Assembly: GCA_051532055.1 (NCBI GenBank)
Contig: JAOPTX010000007.1
Span: forward strand, 200,440-264,439
Length of the DNA stretch: 64,000 nucleotides
Direction of reading: 5' to 3'
Origin: Fibrobacterales bacterium
GTDB lineage: Bacteria; Fibrobacterota; Fibrobacteria; Fibrobacterales; JAOPTW01
A program made the translations under genes and the position numbers. Below the pieces are notes generated by a model. It worked only from the letters and a program-made list of their open reading frames with translations, did no database searches and was not told the origin of the DNA. Below, piece after piece: positions 53,360 through 63,559 of this stretch. Each line of letters begins with the position of its first letter. Positions within the stretch are counted from its first letter, which is position 1.

Positions 53360-54352
53360 TTAAGGGACCTCTACTGAATCAAAAATCTTCTGAACAATCA
53401 TTTCACTTGAAATTTCTTCCGCTTCAGCTTCATAACTTAAAATCATTCGGTGACGAAGAACATCCATACCGATTGATTTAATATCTTCAGGGGTCACATA
53501 GGCACGACCTTTCAAAAACGCATGCGCTTTCGAAGCTACTGCAAGATTAATTGAAGCACGTGGTGACGCCCCTACCTCAATCATCTCAGTGAGATCTTTA
53601 ATACCAAAGGCCATAGGATCACGGGTTGCTGCAACAATCGAAACAATATAATCTTTAATACGATCATCCATATACACTTCACGAACGACCTCTCTACATT
53701 TTAAGAGTTGCTCAGCAGATACAACAGGTTGCGCTTTCTTTAATCCAGCCCCTGATACGACATCGAGAATTTCTCTCTCCTCAGACTGTGTCGGATAATC
53801 AACATGAAGTTTGAACATAAAACGGTCAACTTGGGCTTCAGGGAGAGGATAGGTACCTTCCTGTTCAATAGGATTTTGCGTTGCAAGAACAACAAAGGGT
53901 TCATCAAGTTTATACGTTGTATCACCAATAGTTATTTGACGCTCTTGCATTGACTCTAGAAGTGCTGATTGCACTTTTGATGGTGCACGATTAATCTCAT
54001 CAGCCAAAATAATATTACTAAACAATGGGCCTTTTTTAACTTCAAACTCACCTGTTTTTGCATTATATATTTGCGTACCCAAGAGGTCAGCAGGGAGCAA
54101 ATCTGGCGTAAACTGAATACGACTAAAATCAAGGGTTATTGCATCTGCAAATGCCTGAACCATAGTTGTTTTAGCAAGCCCTGGTAAGCCTTCTAATAAA
54201 ATGTGTCCATTGGAAAGCATGCCGATGAGAATTTTTTCAAGCATCGCTTTTTGCCCAATCACCACAGTACTCACTTCATTGAGCAATGCTGTACCGAAGC
54301 CACTATTTTCATTTACTTTTTCTGTAATTTGATTGATGTCTACAGAGCTCAT
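53360..54352 (-). CDS. moxR: MoxR-family AAA+ ATPase
   Basis: GLPGLAKT, RIQFTPDLLPAD, DEINRA, ATQNPIEQEGTYPLPEAQVDRF. Confidence 0.93.
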   Translation of the reverse strand: MSSVDINQITEKVNENSGFGTALLNEVSTVVIGQKAMLEKILIGMLSNGHILLEGLPGLAKTTMVQAFADAITLDFSRIQFTPDLLPADLLGTQIYNAKTGEFEVKKGPLFSNIILADEINRAPSKVQSALLESMQERQITIGDTTYKLDEPFVVLATQNPIEQEGTYPLPEAQVDRFMFKLHVDYPTQSEEREILDVVSGAGLKKAQPVVSAEQLLKCREVVREVYMDDRIKDYIVSIVAATRDPMAFGIKDLTEMIEVGASPRASINLAVASKAHAFLKGRAYVTPEDIKSIGMDVLRHRMILSYEAEAEEISSEMIVQKIFDSVEVP

Positions 54353-55242
54353 TATTCTTCCTCTTTTATTTCTAAGCATACACTCAATATGTGTATGCTT
54401 TTCATTAATTCAAATTCTTCACGTTTACCACCACCAAACTTAAGGTGATTACATTCATTCAATATATGCTTCCACTCAGACTCACTTTCAACAATTTCTT
54501 CGCTATAGCGTTGATAGAGTTCATGGATACTTAATTCTTCCTCAGATGAACCAAGCTGCTGTTTCAACCACTCAATTGCTAAATATTCAATCTGAGTGAG
54601 TACCTGTTTTGAATCAGCTTTTTTTATTCTCTTTTTTAATAGGGCAATCTCATCGAAAAATTGAATCGCACTCTCATCAGTTTCAGCTACTCGAGCACTT
54701 CTTTTCTTCTTGAAAACTAACCCACAAATTATGATGAGTATTATAGCAAATCCAAACATAAGATATGTCACAGTTGTATCACGCATCGGTAAAATCTCGA
54801 TAGTATGAGCAGGAACTTCCAATTCAAATTTTTTGCCCATATGCTCATAGCCAATGGTATAGAGGTTATTCCCTGCAATACCCGGCCCCTGAGTTATCAA
54901 TTTAAAATGATATGTAGTAATATTGAGGTACCCTTGTACCGAGTATACCTTCTTCTGATCAATATTTACCGATGCCAGTTCTAAATTATTAAACTGTGAC
55001 CCTTCACTTGGCTGGAAAAGAAGGGGATGGCGTGCTTCAGAATAACTTAGAACAACAGTGAATAAAGCAGTATCTCCAAGAGTTACTTCATCAATTAAAA
55101 AGGCCGACTTTAGAGTGACAACTGGAGACAATTTTTGTTCATCTGGCAATTTGGTAGCCAAAGAGTCACTCTCTAAAAGCTGAGCTGTAGCGGGAAGAAC
55201 TAACGCGATAATGAAAATAAGAAAATAACGAAATAGTTTCAT
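54352..55242 (-). CDS. Bat-cluster-associated membrane protein (Ig-like domain plus TM)
   Basis: Signal peptide, VTLGD, TM followed by KKKR, LKFGG; same layout as 50523-51470; TAATG overlap with moxR. Confidence 0.6.
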   Translation of the reverse strand: MKLFRYFLIFIIALVLPATAQLLESDSLATKLPDEQKLSPVVTLKSAFLIDEVTLGDTALFTVVLSYSEARHPLLFQPSEGSQFNNLELASVNIDQKKVYSVQGYLNITTYHFKLITQGPGIAGNNLYTIGYEHMGKKFELEVPAHTIEILPMRDTTVTYLMFGFAIILIIICGLVFKKKRSARVAETDESAIQFFDEIALLKKRIKKADSKQVLTQIEYLAIEWLKQQLGSSEEELSIHELYQRYSEEIVESESEWKHILNECNHLKFGGGKREEFELMKSIHILSVCLEIKEEE

Positions 55243-55308
55243 GGTTCTAACACTATGTTATAAGGTTTATTGAGAAGAAAAATAATATTTTTTAGCAAAA
55301 AATAGAAG

Positions 55309-55333
55309 AAAAAGCCCAGTTTGACTGGGCTTT
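55309..55333 (-). terminator. Terminator-like hairpin in a divergent intergenic region
   Basis: Minus strand: aaagcccagtcaaactgggcttttt. Confidence 0.6.
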
Positions 55334-55528
55334 AGATAAGCGTAAGAAATAAAAAACATGAGTACTAATCTATTTGACACAAAATTGGCTGCCTGCCTTA
55401 CTGATTAAATGGAGAAGTATCATAAAGTGATACCATAAATTCCAAACTTTAACTTTTTCTTTTATTTTTATTTCCCCAACGAGATTTTGTGAGCCCTTCC
55501 CCATTATTTGCTACTTTTGTCCTTATAT

Positions 55529-56119
55529 ATGCTAATACCCGAATCACTTGAGAATCTCATACACGCCCTGGCTAAACTCCCGGGAATTGGACCGAAGTCG
55601 GCAAAGCGTGTCGCGTTTTACCTACTATCACAACCCCCAGAGGAAGCTCACCTTTTGAGTGACGCTATAATTGCTGCTAAAGCAAATATACGTTTCTGTT
55701 CGCAATGCTTTAATTATTCTGAAGAGCCCCTCTGTCCCATTTGTTCAAACCCCAAAAGAGATACCTCAACTATCTGTATTCTTGAAAAGCACTCAGATCT
55801 GTATGCATTTGAATCAAGTGGTGGCTTTTCAGGAGTTTATCATGTACTCGGTAACAACATCTCGCCTCTTGATGGAATCGGGCCCGAAGATATTCATGTT
55901 CCAGAGCTCCTCAAGCGCTTAGATGGAGTTACAGAAATAATACTCGCTATGAGCTCCAATGCTGATGGCGAAGCTACAGCGCATTTTATCGATCGAGCTA
56001 TTGGCGATCGACCCATTAAAAGAACACGACTAGCACGAGGCATACCTATGGGTAGTGAACTTGAGTACATCGACACCATGACCATTTTAAAAGCTCTCGA
56101 AGCACGGACCTCATTATGA
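55529..56119 (+). CDS. recR: Recombination mediator RecR
   Basis: LPGIGPKSAKR, C4 zinc finger, ISPLDGIGP, RLARGIPMG. Confidence 0.95.
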   Translation: MLIPESLENLIHALAKLPGIGPKSAKRVAFYLLSQPPEEAHLLSDAIIAAKANIRFCSQCFNYSEEPLCPICSNPKRDTSTICILEKHSDLYAFESSGGFSGVYHVLGNNISPLDGIGPEDIHVPELLKRLDGVTEIILAMSSNADGEATAHFIDRAIGDRPIKRTRLARGIPMGSELEYIDTMTILKALEARTSL

Positions 56120-56715
56120 TAATTCATTCAGCTCAATTTATTAAAGGCGCAGTCAATATTTCTGGTATTCCCGAAGATGAGCTCCCTCAAATCGCTTTTG
56201 CAGGACGTTCTAATGTTGGAAAGTCATCTCTCCAAAATGCGCTCCTCAATCGAAAAAAATTGGTCAAAACAAGCTCTACCCCTGGTAAAACAAGAGAGAT
56301 AAATTTCTTTCTCATAAATGAAAAATTCTATTTTGTTGACCTTCCAGGACTCGGATATGCTAAGCTTTCTAAAAAGCTACGGGGGGAAATCTCTGATTTT
56401 ATTGGTGATTATGTTTTTAACAGTAAAAACCTTCGCGCAGTGATATATCTTATTGACATTCGTACCAGTGGAACTTCTACCGACATTGACGCAATTCAAC
56501 ATTTACTCGATACAGAGATTCCTGTCTTGCTTATTTTGACAAAACAGGATAAACTTAATGCTAAAGAGAGAAATAAAGCAGTTAAAGCACTCATGGAAAA
56601 ACTGGATATCACCCAGCAGCCCCTAATGGTGAGTAGCTTTAAAAAAATTGGTCTCGATACTGTATGGAGTGCCATTGAGGAGTTATTTGCACTAGATGAT
56701 AAAGGAACAGCATAA
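56116..56715 (+). CDS. engB: Ribosome biogenesis GTPase YihA/YsxC
   Basis: GRSNVGKSS, TPGKTR, DLPG, TKQD. Confidence 0.93.
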   Translation: MIIHSAQFIKGAVNISGIPEDELPQIAFAGRSNVGKSSLQNALLNRKKLVKTSSTPGKTREINFFLINEKFYFVDLPGLGYAKLSKKLRGEISDFIGDYVFNSKNLRAVIYLIDIRTSGTSTDIDAIQHLLDTEIPVLLILTKQDKLNAKERNKAVKALMEKLDITQQPLMVSSFKKIGLDTVWSAIEELFALDDKGTA

Positions 56716-57568
56716 AAATTCCTATTCACTTCCCGGAATAATACTTAGTAGCCTAGGATCATGGGTTTCTCAAACCTATGTGGGTCAAATTTTGATGCTC
56801 TTCCTCAAAGCCTCTTCAGCACTTATCAAAAATACTGGAAATCGGACAAATACTAGAGATCAAGTAATCCGTCAAATCTATTTTACAGGCGTTGAAGCCG
56901 TCCCTCTTATTTGTCTAATGGCTTGTATTTTAGGAACCATTGTCATAATTCAGGGACTTGGTGGAATGAGTAAGGTTGGGTTTGATAACTTTTTTGGTGA
57001 CCTCATGGTTCTTGTTATCATTCGAGAACTGGGGCCAGTCCTTACCGCCTTTCTAATAGCAGGAAGAACGGGATCTGCTCTCGCCACTCTTATAGGTACT
57101 ATGAAGGTTAAAAATGAGACAGATGCACTTCAAACACTCGGTATAGACCCTATAAACTATCTTGTAATGCCTGCAATCTGGAGTGGAACTATTGCTATAG
57201 TCGTACTCACCTTCCTTTTCAATACCGTCGCTATCTGTGTAGGCTTTTTAGTTGTTAAAGGGATCCTGTTTATGTTCCAAGATGTCTTACAGATCAGCTT
57301 ACAATGGAGTCTCTACATGCAAGGTATCACCGATGCTATGTCAACCATTGATATCGTTCTTATAATAATTAAACCTGCTATTTTCGGTATCATAGTGACC
57401 ACTGTTGCCTGTTATCAAGGTCTTGCACTCGATTATGATTTTAGAAATGTTCCCAAAGCCACCCAAAAGTCTGTAGTTCGCTCTTTTATCCTTGTTATAA
57501 TTGCTAATATGATCCTCTCTCTTCTCTATCTACCTCAATACATTAAAAATTTGTCTGGAGTTCTCTAA
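56696..57568 (+). CDS. mlaE: MlaE-family ABC permease
   Basis: RELGPVLTAFLIAGRTGSA, DPINYLVMP, ATQKSVV. Confidence 0.85.
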   Translation: MIKEQHKNSYSLPGIILSSLGSWVSQTYVGQILMLFLKASSALIKNTGNRTNTRDQVIRQIYFTGVEAVPLICLMACILGTIVIIQGLGGMSKVGFDNFFGDLMVLVIIRELGPVLTAFLIAGRTGSALATLIGTMKVKNETDALQTLGIDPINYLVMPAIWSGTIAIVVLTFLFNTVAICVGFLVVKGILFMFQDVLQISLQWSLYMQGITDAMSTIDIVLIIIKPAIFGIIVTTVACYQGLALDYDFRNVPKATQKSVVRSFILVIIANMILSLLYLPQYIKNLSGVL

Positions 57569-58338
57569 TGGAGGTTCTTAAACTAGATCATATTCACTTT
57601 AGCTATACCAATCAAACTATTTTAGATGACCTCAATCTCTCTCTTGATTTTGGGGAAACCGTTTGTATTTTTGGAGAAGGAGGAGGTGGAAAAACATCTC
57701 TTCTTAGGATTCTAGCTGGGCTTGAAAAGCCTTCATCAGGGCATATTAGAATTTTTGGAGATGACATTGACATCGAACGCACTTCTGCGCTTGACCCTCT
57801 TAGAAAAGAAATAGGCTATGTATTTCAGAACAGTGCTCTCATTCATTTTTTACCTGTGCGTGCAAACATTGCATTGCCTCTTGAATACGAAAATATTCTT
57901 ACTCCGGATGAAATCAAAATAAGAGTTGACTCTATAATTGATACTATGCTCTTAAGAGAGTTTGAATGGGACTTTCCTTTTTCACTCAGCGAAGGTATAC
58001 AAAAACGAGTTGCTATTGCCCGAACTCTCGTTATGAAGCCTAAAATACTTGTTATGGATGAACCAACAACAGGTCTTGATTTAATTACCCAAAAGAGCTT
58101 ATTAGCCCTCCTTTTTAACTCAAGTCAACTTCACCACACCTCTATTATAATCGTAACTCATGACCCTAATGTCGCTCGATTACTTAATGCTCAAATTATG
58201 GTTCTTCATGGCAAAAAGCTCACAAAAAAGATGTCAATTCCTGAATTTTTTGATCTAGATGTACCATTTGTACAAGATATGGTGTATGATATGAAGGAGC
58301 AGGTAGAATCAGTACGGAACGACACCCATTCTGATTAA
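57568..58338 (+). CDS. mlaF: MlaF-like ABC ATPase
   Basis: GEGGGGKT, FQNSAL, LSEGIQKR, DEPTTGLD. Confidence 0.82.
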   Translation: MEVLKLDHIHFSYTNQTILDDLNLSLDFGETVCIFGEGGGGKTSLLRILAGLEKPSSGHIRIFGDDIDIERTSALDPLRKEIGYVFQNSALIHFLPVRANIALPLEYENILTPDEIKIRVDSIIDTMLLREFEWDFPFSLSEGIQKRVAIARTLVMKPKILVMDEPTTGLDLITQKSLLALLFNSSQLHHTSIIIVTHDPNVARLLNAQIMVLHGKKLTKKMSIPEFFDLDVPFVQDMVYDMKEQVESVRNDTHSD

Positions 58339-58379
58339 ATTTTATACTTTTTTACCTCCTGCTTAATCGTTACAGGGTT

Positions 58380-59351
58380 ATGAATAAGTTACTCGGACTA
58401 AAACATTTCGATCCTCGAGATTTTAATAATCTTTTTGTAGGGGCTTTTCTCTCATTTGGCATTCTTTTCTTCATTGTTCTCTCAGTTTATATTTTATTAA
58501 CAAACGATTATTTCGTTAAAGAGTATTCACTCTATTGTAATTTTGATAAAGGCCTTGGTCTCAGAGAAGGTGCAGCGGTACAAGTTAATGGAGTTGAAGT
58601 TGGTCATGTTGATCGTGTTTTTTTGGCAAATGATGGATCTGTTCAACTTGAATTGAAAATACGTAAGATCCGAACTTTATCAAATAAATGGGATTATAAT
58701 CCTCATATCACCACCTCTTCTGTAGTTTATGCAACCCGTGATCAAAATCTTATTTCTGGTCGGATTATTTTTATCTCCCACGGAACTGGAACTGGATCAA
58801 TCCTTTCACCGGGACAATTCATTACCTCAAATGAAGCACAAGATATTGAAACTGTCCTTACAAATGTTTTAAAGCTCATAAATAAATTTGAGAAGTTAGC
58901 CAATGCTGCCGACACTCTTATTACTATGTCTAAGGACCCATCATCATCAATAGGTTCCCTACTTGCAGATAATTCCCTTTACACAACAATAATGCGTCAG
59001 CTCAGTCACCTCGATACATTAAACCAAAAAGCTAACAGTGTTGTCTCTATGATTCATGATGATCTTGGTCCTCTTCTTAACAGTACAGACACAATTGTGT
59101 CTAACGTAGTGGCAATTTCTAAGAAAGGAAATAAACTTATTAATAGTGTTGATAGTACTCTTCTTCAGATTGGAAGTATTGTTCTTCAAACGGATACGCT
59201 CATTTTTAACTTAAACAACTTGATGACAAATAGTGAAGAAAAAATTGAACGGGCGGATGACTTAGTTAAAAGTATTAGCACTTTCTGGTTTATAGAAAGT
59301 TCACTTCCAGATCTTAATACTATACCATTAATCGAGGATGATATATGGTAA
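58380..59351 (+). CDS. mlaD: MlaD/MCE-family protein
   Basis: N-terminal TM, GLREGAAVQVNGVEVG, helical C-terminus. Confidence 0.82.
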   Translation: MNKLLGLKHFDPRDFNNLFVGAFLSFGILFFIVLSVYILLTNDYFVKEYSLYCNFDKGLGLREGAAVQVNGVEVGHVDRVFLANDGSVQLELKIRKIRTLSNKWDYNPHITTSSVVYATRDQNLISGRIIFISHGTGTGSILSPGQFITSNEAQDIETVLTNVLKLINKFEKLANAADTLITMSKDPSSSIGSLLADNSLYTTIMRQLSHLDTLNQKANSVVSMIHDDLGPLLNSTDTIVSNVVAISKKGNKLINSVDSTLLQIGSIVLQTDTLIFNLNNLMTNSEEKIERADDLVKSISTFWFIESSLPDLNTIPLIEDDIW

Positions 59352-60112
59352 AATTTGTTTATACACTGTTACTTCTCTTGTGCATAGTTATCCCCTCACA
59401 TGGGACAGAGTCAGGTTCAGCGGCATACCGAGCAGCTAATTTTTATGCAAAAGGAAACTATGGAAAATCTATTATTTACTTCAATCGGTCTATTGAAGCA
59501 GCTCGAAAAGAGGCCAATATCAATGTGGAAAATAAATTATTATTAAACCTTGCAGCCCTCTATATACAAATGCTTGATAAAACTTCTGCTGACTCGCTTA
59601 TAGGGCTGGTACATACAAGTGCCATGGAAGATAATACATCATACTATGAACTCATTAACTTTGAATCTTCTTTACTCGATGGCTCATGTCTCTCAAGTCC
59701 ATATTTCAAATTAATTTCTGATAAAAAAAATACAAATGATAGAATTATAGCTCGATCTAAACTAAAATTGGCTGAATGCATTCTAACCTATTCACCAAAC
59801 AAGTCTTCTCATCAATATATTAGTGATGCAGAGGAATTACTTGTAGAAAGTGGTCAATATCAATTTATTCTTGGGTTAATGTCACTATCAAAGAATAAGA
59901 AAAGATTAGCATTAAATCATTTTCAAAATGCTCTCATAATAGCTCAGCAAAAAGAACGATATTATAGGTCTGGTATTATCTTATATCACATGGGGCTTAC
60001 TTCAGAAGCAGAGAATCCTACAGAAGCACAACTCTTTTTTATTCGCTCATTTCAAGTATTTGATAAATTAAAGCTCCAAAAATGGAAAAACAAAATCAGT
60101 CCTTATCTTTAA
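59345..60112 (+). CDS. Exported TPR-like protein
   Basis: Signal peptide and TPR-like helices; overlaps the mlaD stop. Confidence 0.55.
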   Translation: MVKFVYTLLLLLCIVIPSHGTESGSAAYRAANFYAKGNYGKSIIYFNRSIEAARKEANINVENKLLLNLAALYIQMLDKTSADSLIGLVHTSAMEDNTSYYELINFESSLLDGSCLSSPYFKLISDKKNTNDRIIARSKLKLAECILTYSPNKSSHQYISDAEELLVESGQYQFILGLMSLSKNKKRLALNHFQNALIIAQQKERYYRSGIILYHMGLTSEAENPTEAQLFFIRSFQVFDKLKLQKWKNKISPYL

Positions 60113-61913
60113 GGTATGTCAAAATACTCTTTGACTTTGATTTTCCTAAAAATATCTCTAAATCATCTATAGGCGCTTCTAAAAATTCTTTTTTTGTGGC
60201 ATATACACCATAAACTTTCTCTTTTGTTTTTAACCCTACGCCCTCAATACCTTCAAGCCATGTTCTTTTTAAAGAAGCTGTACGTTTACTTCGCTGAAAG
60301 GTAATGGCAAACCTGTGAGTCTCATCACGTATCCATTGAAGAAGTTTTAACGCTGGTGACTCATGATTTATGAGGGTTGGCTCTGGCTGACCAGGAAAAA
60401 ATACTTCCTCTAATCTTTTAGCGAGGCCAATCATTGGTACAGATTCTAGATTATATTCAACTAATGTAGCATAAGCTGAACTAAGTTGCCCTTTACCACC
60501 ATCAACAACAATTAAATTGGGCTTTAGTAGATCACCTTCATATATTCGTTTTACTGTTCTTCCTACCACTTCGTTCATAGAAGCAAAGTCATCAATGCCC
60601 TCAACGGTTTTAACATTGAATTTTTTATATGAGCTCTTATCAGGTCGACCATTTTTAAAATCTACCATACTTGCAACAGTATTAGTTCCACCTAAATGGG
60701 AAATATCAAAACCAATTATATGTATGGGTAAATCTGTGAGGGACAACTCTTTTTGTAAAAGTCCAACAGAATTTTCAATACTTTCCTCTTTCATATTTCT
60801 TGCAACTTGCTCTATAAACAACATTTTTGCATTCTTTTGAGCAAGTGATAATACTTTTTTCTTGTCCCCTCTCTGAGGAGTGAGAACTTGAACTTTTGAA
60901 CCTTTGATCTTAGTTAAATACTCGTTTAAAGCCAGACTACCTTCAATGTCATCTTTAATAAATATTTCTTTAGGTATCATTTCAGATGAATGATAGTAAC
61001 TTAAAATAAATTCGCTAATAAGCTCATCATACCCTTGTTTTAGCATGCATTCAAGATCGAAATTTTTACGCTCAGTGAGTAATCCTTCACGATACTCCAT
61101 GATCACAACAGTTGCACATTCTTCTTCATGTTCAATAGCTATTACATCAAAATTCGCTTTCGTATCACTAATTTCGACAAGCTGTTTCCTTGTTAGAGAT
61201 TCGAGGGCCTTTATATTATCTCGATAATGAGCAGCTTGTTCAAAGTCCTTATCGTCAGCAGCTTTTTTCATTTTAATTTTAAGGTCTCGAGAAACAGCTT
61301 TTTTCTTACCTTCTAGTAATAATAATATATCAGCTATGGATTCGTTATATTGCTCTTCTGTACACAATCCAGCACAAGGCGCTTGGCACTTTTTGATATG
61401 ATAACTTAAACAGGGACGTATTGGCTCTTTAACCGGTATTTCAAAACTACAATTTCTCAGTTGAAATATTTTCGGAATCATATCAAGAACTCTTCTCATC
61501 GACTTTACATCAGAAAATGGCCCAAAATATCGATCTTTATTCTTAAATGCTTTACGAACAACTTTTAAACGTGGATAAGGATCACTAGTCGTTACACATA
61601 TATATGGATAATGCTTATCATCCTTAAGTCGAACATTATACTTAGGAATTTTTTTTTGTATTAAATTTGCTTCGAGAATAAGTGCTTCTAAATCACTATC
61701 TGTAATAATCCAATCTATTGACTCTATTTTATCTTGAATTAACGTAGCTGCACGATGTGAAAGATTTGACGTATTATCTCTAAAATAGCTCTGAACTCTA
61801 TTTTTAAGATTTTTTGCTTTACCAATATAGATAATATCATCTTTATCGTTTTTCATCAAGTATACACCCGATGAATGTGGGAGTTCTTTTAATCGTTCTT
61901 CAATAGTAATCAT
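60096..61913 (-). CDS. uvrC: Excinuclease ABC subunit C
   Basis: GVY..YIGKAKNL GIY-YIG, FDISH, DGGKGQL, IRDETHRFA. Confidence 0.95.
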   Translation of the reverse strand: MITIEERLKELPHSSGVYLMKNDKDDIIYIGKAKNLKNRVQSYFRDNTSNLSHRAATLIQDKIESIDWIITDSDLEALILEANLIQKKIPKYNVRLKDDKHYPYICVTTSDPYPRLKVVRKAFKNKDRYFGPFSDVKSMRRVLDMIPKIFQLRNCSFEIPVKEPIRPCLSYHIKKCQAPCAGLCTEEQYNESIADILLLLEGKKKAVSRDLKIKMKKAADDKDFEQAAHYRDNIKALESLTRKQLVEISDTKANFDVIAIEHEEECATVVIMEYREGLLTERKNFDLECMLKQGYDELISEFILSYYHSSEMIPKEIFIKDDIEGSLALNEYLTKIKGSKVQVLTPQRGDKKKVLSLAQKNAKMLFIEQVARNMKEESIENSVGLLQKELSLTDLPIHIIGFDISHLGGTNTVASMVDFKNGRPDKSSYKKFNVKTVEGIDDFASMNEVVGRTVKRIYEGDLLKPNLIVVDGGKGQLSSAYATLVEYNLESVPMIGLAKRLEEVFFPGQPEPTLINHESPALKLLQWIRDETHRFAITFQRSKRTASLKRTWLEGIEGVGLKTKEKVYGVYATKKEFLEAPIDDLEIFLGKSKSKSILTYLKDKD

Positions 61914-62001
61914 ATGGTAAATATACCATATATTGAAAAAGAGAGCCAATTAGACTTAAAAGATTTCTTAAGTAAGAGTTCTATTACAATATTAAAAAAA
62001 C

Positions 62002-62025
62002 AAAAAGCCCATCAATAGATGGGCT
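62002..62025 (-). terminator. Terminator after rplQ
   Basis: Minus strand: agcccatc-tatt-gatgggcttttt. Confidence 0.72.
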
Positions 62026-62051
62026 ATGCATTTCTTGAATTAAAAGCAATA

Positions 62052-62528
62052 CTACTCAGCAATTTCTTCTGTTGAAGCTTCTACCTTTGGTATTTCTTTT
62101 GTAGGTGCAGCTTTTTTTGCTGGCTTTTTTTCTTTTTTAGTAACTTCATCATCTACAAGAGTGATAATTGCCATCTCCGCATTATCACCCTTTCTATTCG
62201 CAGAAAGTTTAAGAATACGAGTATAACCACCTTGTCTATCAGCGTAGCGTGGACCAACTTTTTCAAAAAGGTCCTGTAAAACTGCAGGCTCTTGGATGAA
62301 TTTTGCAGCTTGTCTACGTGATGAAAGGTCACCCTTTTTCGCATATGTAACGAGTCGATCAACTAATCCACGTACTGCTTTTGCTTTAATAACAGTAGTT
62401 TTTACTTGACGATCCATTTGATCCTCTGCAATTCCTTGTTTAATAATAGAAGTTGCGAGGTTCTTTAACATTGCTTTTCTATGTGAAGCAGTTCTGTTAA
62501 GTTTAAATTTCTTTACACCGTGTCTCAT
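62052..62528 (-). CDS. rplQ: 50S ribosomal protein L17
   Basis: MRHG..LNRTASHRKAM, GGYTRILK, GDNAEMA. Confidence 0.96.
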   Translation of the reverse strand: MRHGVKKFKLNRTASHRKAMLKNLATSIIKQGIAEDQMDRQVKTTVIKAKAVRGLVDRLVTYAKKGDLSSRRQAAKFIQEPAVLQDLFEKVGPRYADRQGGYTRILKLSANRKGDNAEMAIITLVDDEVTKKEKKPAKKAAPTKEIPKVEASTEEIAE

Positions 62529-62540
62529 TGTAACATTACC

Positions 62541-63521
62541 TTAATCTAACAAGTCTTTGTAATCATTTAAATCCATACCGAACGATAGTCCCATGCTAGA
62601 GAGAACTTCGTTAAGCTCAACCAGTGACTTACGTCCGAAGTTTTTATACTTCAGCATGTCAGCTTCAGGGTTGATAACAAGGTCGGCTATGGTGTGAATG
62701 TTTGCCATTCTCAAGCAGTTGCTTGAACGTACTGACAATTCAAGTTCGTCAACACGCATTTTGAGTATATTTGCAATTCTCTGTTTTTCTTCATCATGAA
62801 TGATCTCTTCTGCTGCTTCAAGATCACCTTCGAAATTGATGAATAACTCTAAGTGGTCAACAATCAACTTTGAAGAGTATGCTAAGGCATCTTCTGGATG
62901 AATAGATCCATCAGTCCAGATCTCCATCTCAAGTTTGTTATAATCAGTTCTTTGACCTACACGAGTATCATCTACTTTATAGGCAACTTTCTCAACTGGA
63001 GAGAAATTTGCATCAAGAGTAATTACACCGATAGGATCATTTTCACCTTTTAACTCATCTGAAATAACATAACCACGTCCATCAGCAATTGTAAGATCCA
63101 TGCTCAAAGAAGCGTTACCGCTAAGAGTAGCAATATGCAAATCAGGGTTCATGATCTGTACATTTGGGTTTTCTTCAATATTGACTGCAGTTACTTCACC
63201 TTCACCAGATACATCAAGACGAAGTGTCTCAACATTGTCAGAAAGAAGCTTAACACGAAGTGCTTTAAGGTTAAGAAGAATTTCAGCAACATCTTCTTTA
63301 ACACCTTCAATAGTACTGTATTCATGTACAGCGCTATCGAATTTTACTTTTGTTACTGCAGCACCCTGAAGTGAAGACAATAACACTCTGCGAAGAGCGT
63401 TTCCGATAGTTACACCCCAGCCACGTTCCATCGTGTCCATTGTGAACTTACAGTATTTTCCATCCTCAGAGTTTATGACTCTCTGAATATTTCTTGGTAA
63501 TTGGAGAGATTTCCACTTCAT
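62541..63521 (-). CDS. rpoA: RNA polymerase subunit alpha
   Basis: TIGNALRRVLLSSL, RVGQRTDY, LELSVRSSNCL, NFGRKSL. Confidence 0.97.
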   Translation of the reverse strand: MKWKSLQLPRNIQRVINSEDGKYCKFTMDTMERGWGVTIGNALRRVLLSSLQGAAVTKVKFDSAVHEYSTIEGVKEDVAEILLNLKALRVKLLSDNVETLRLDVSGEGEVTAVNIEENPNVQIMNPDLHIATLSGNASLSMDLTIADGRGYVISDELKGENDPIGVITLDANFSPVEKVAYKVDDTRVGQRTDYNKLEMEIWTDGSIHPEDALAYSSKLIVDHLELFINFEGDLEAAEEIIHDEEKQRIANILKMRVDELELSVRSSNCLRMANIHTIADLVINPEADMLKYKNFGRKSLVELNEVLSSMGLSFGMDLNDYKDLLD

Positions 63522-63559
63522 TAGTAAATACCCTTAACGTTTATGTCGTCGTCTATTAA

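Noticed and set aside
55390..55410. AAGGCAGGCAGC (minus strand) near recR as SRP RNA (ffs)
   Set aside because: Lacks the CAGG-GRAA-AGCA helix-8 arrangement and long flanking stem.
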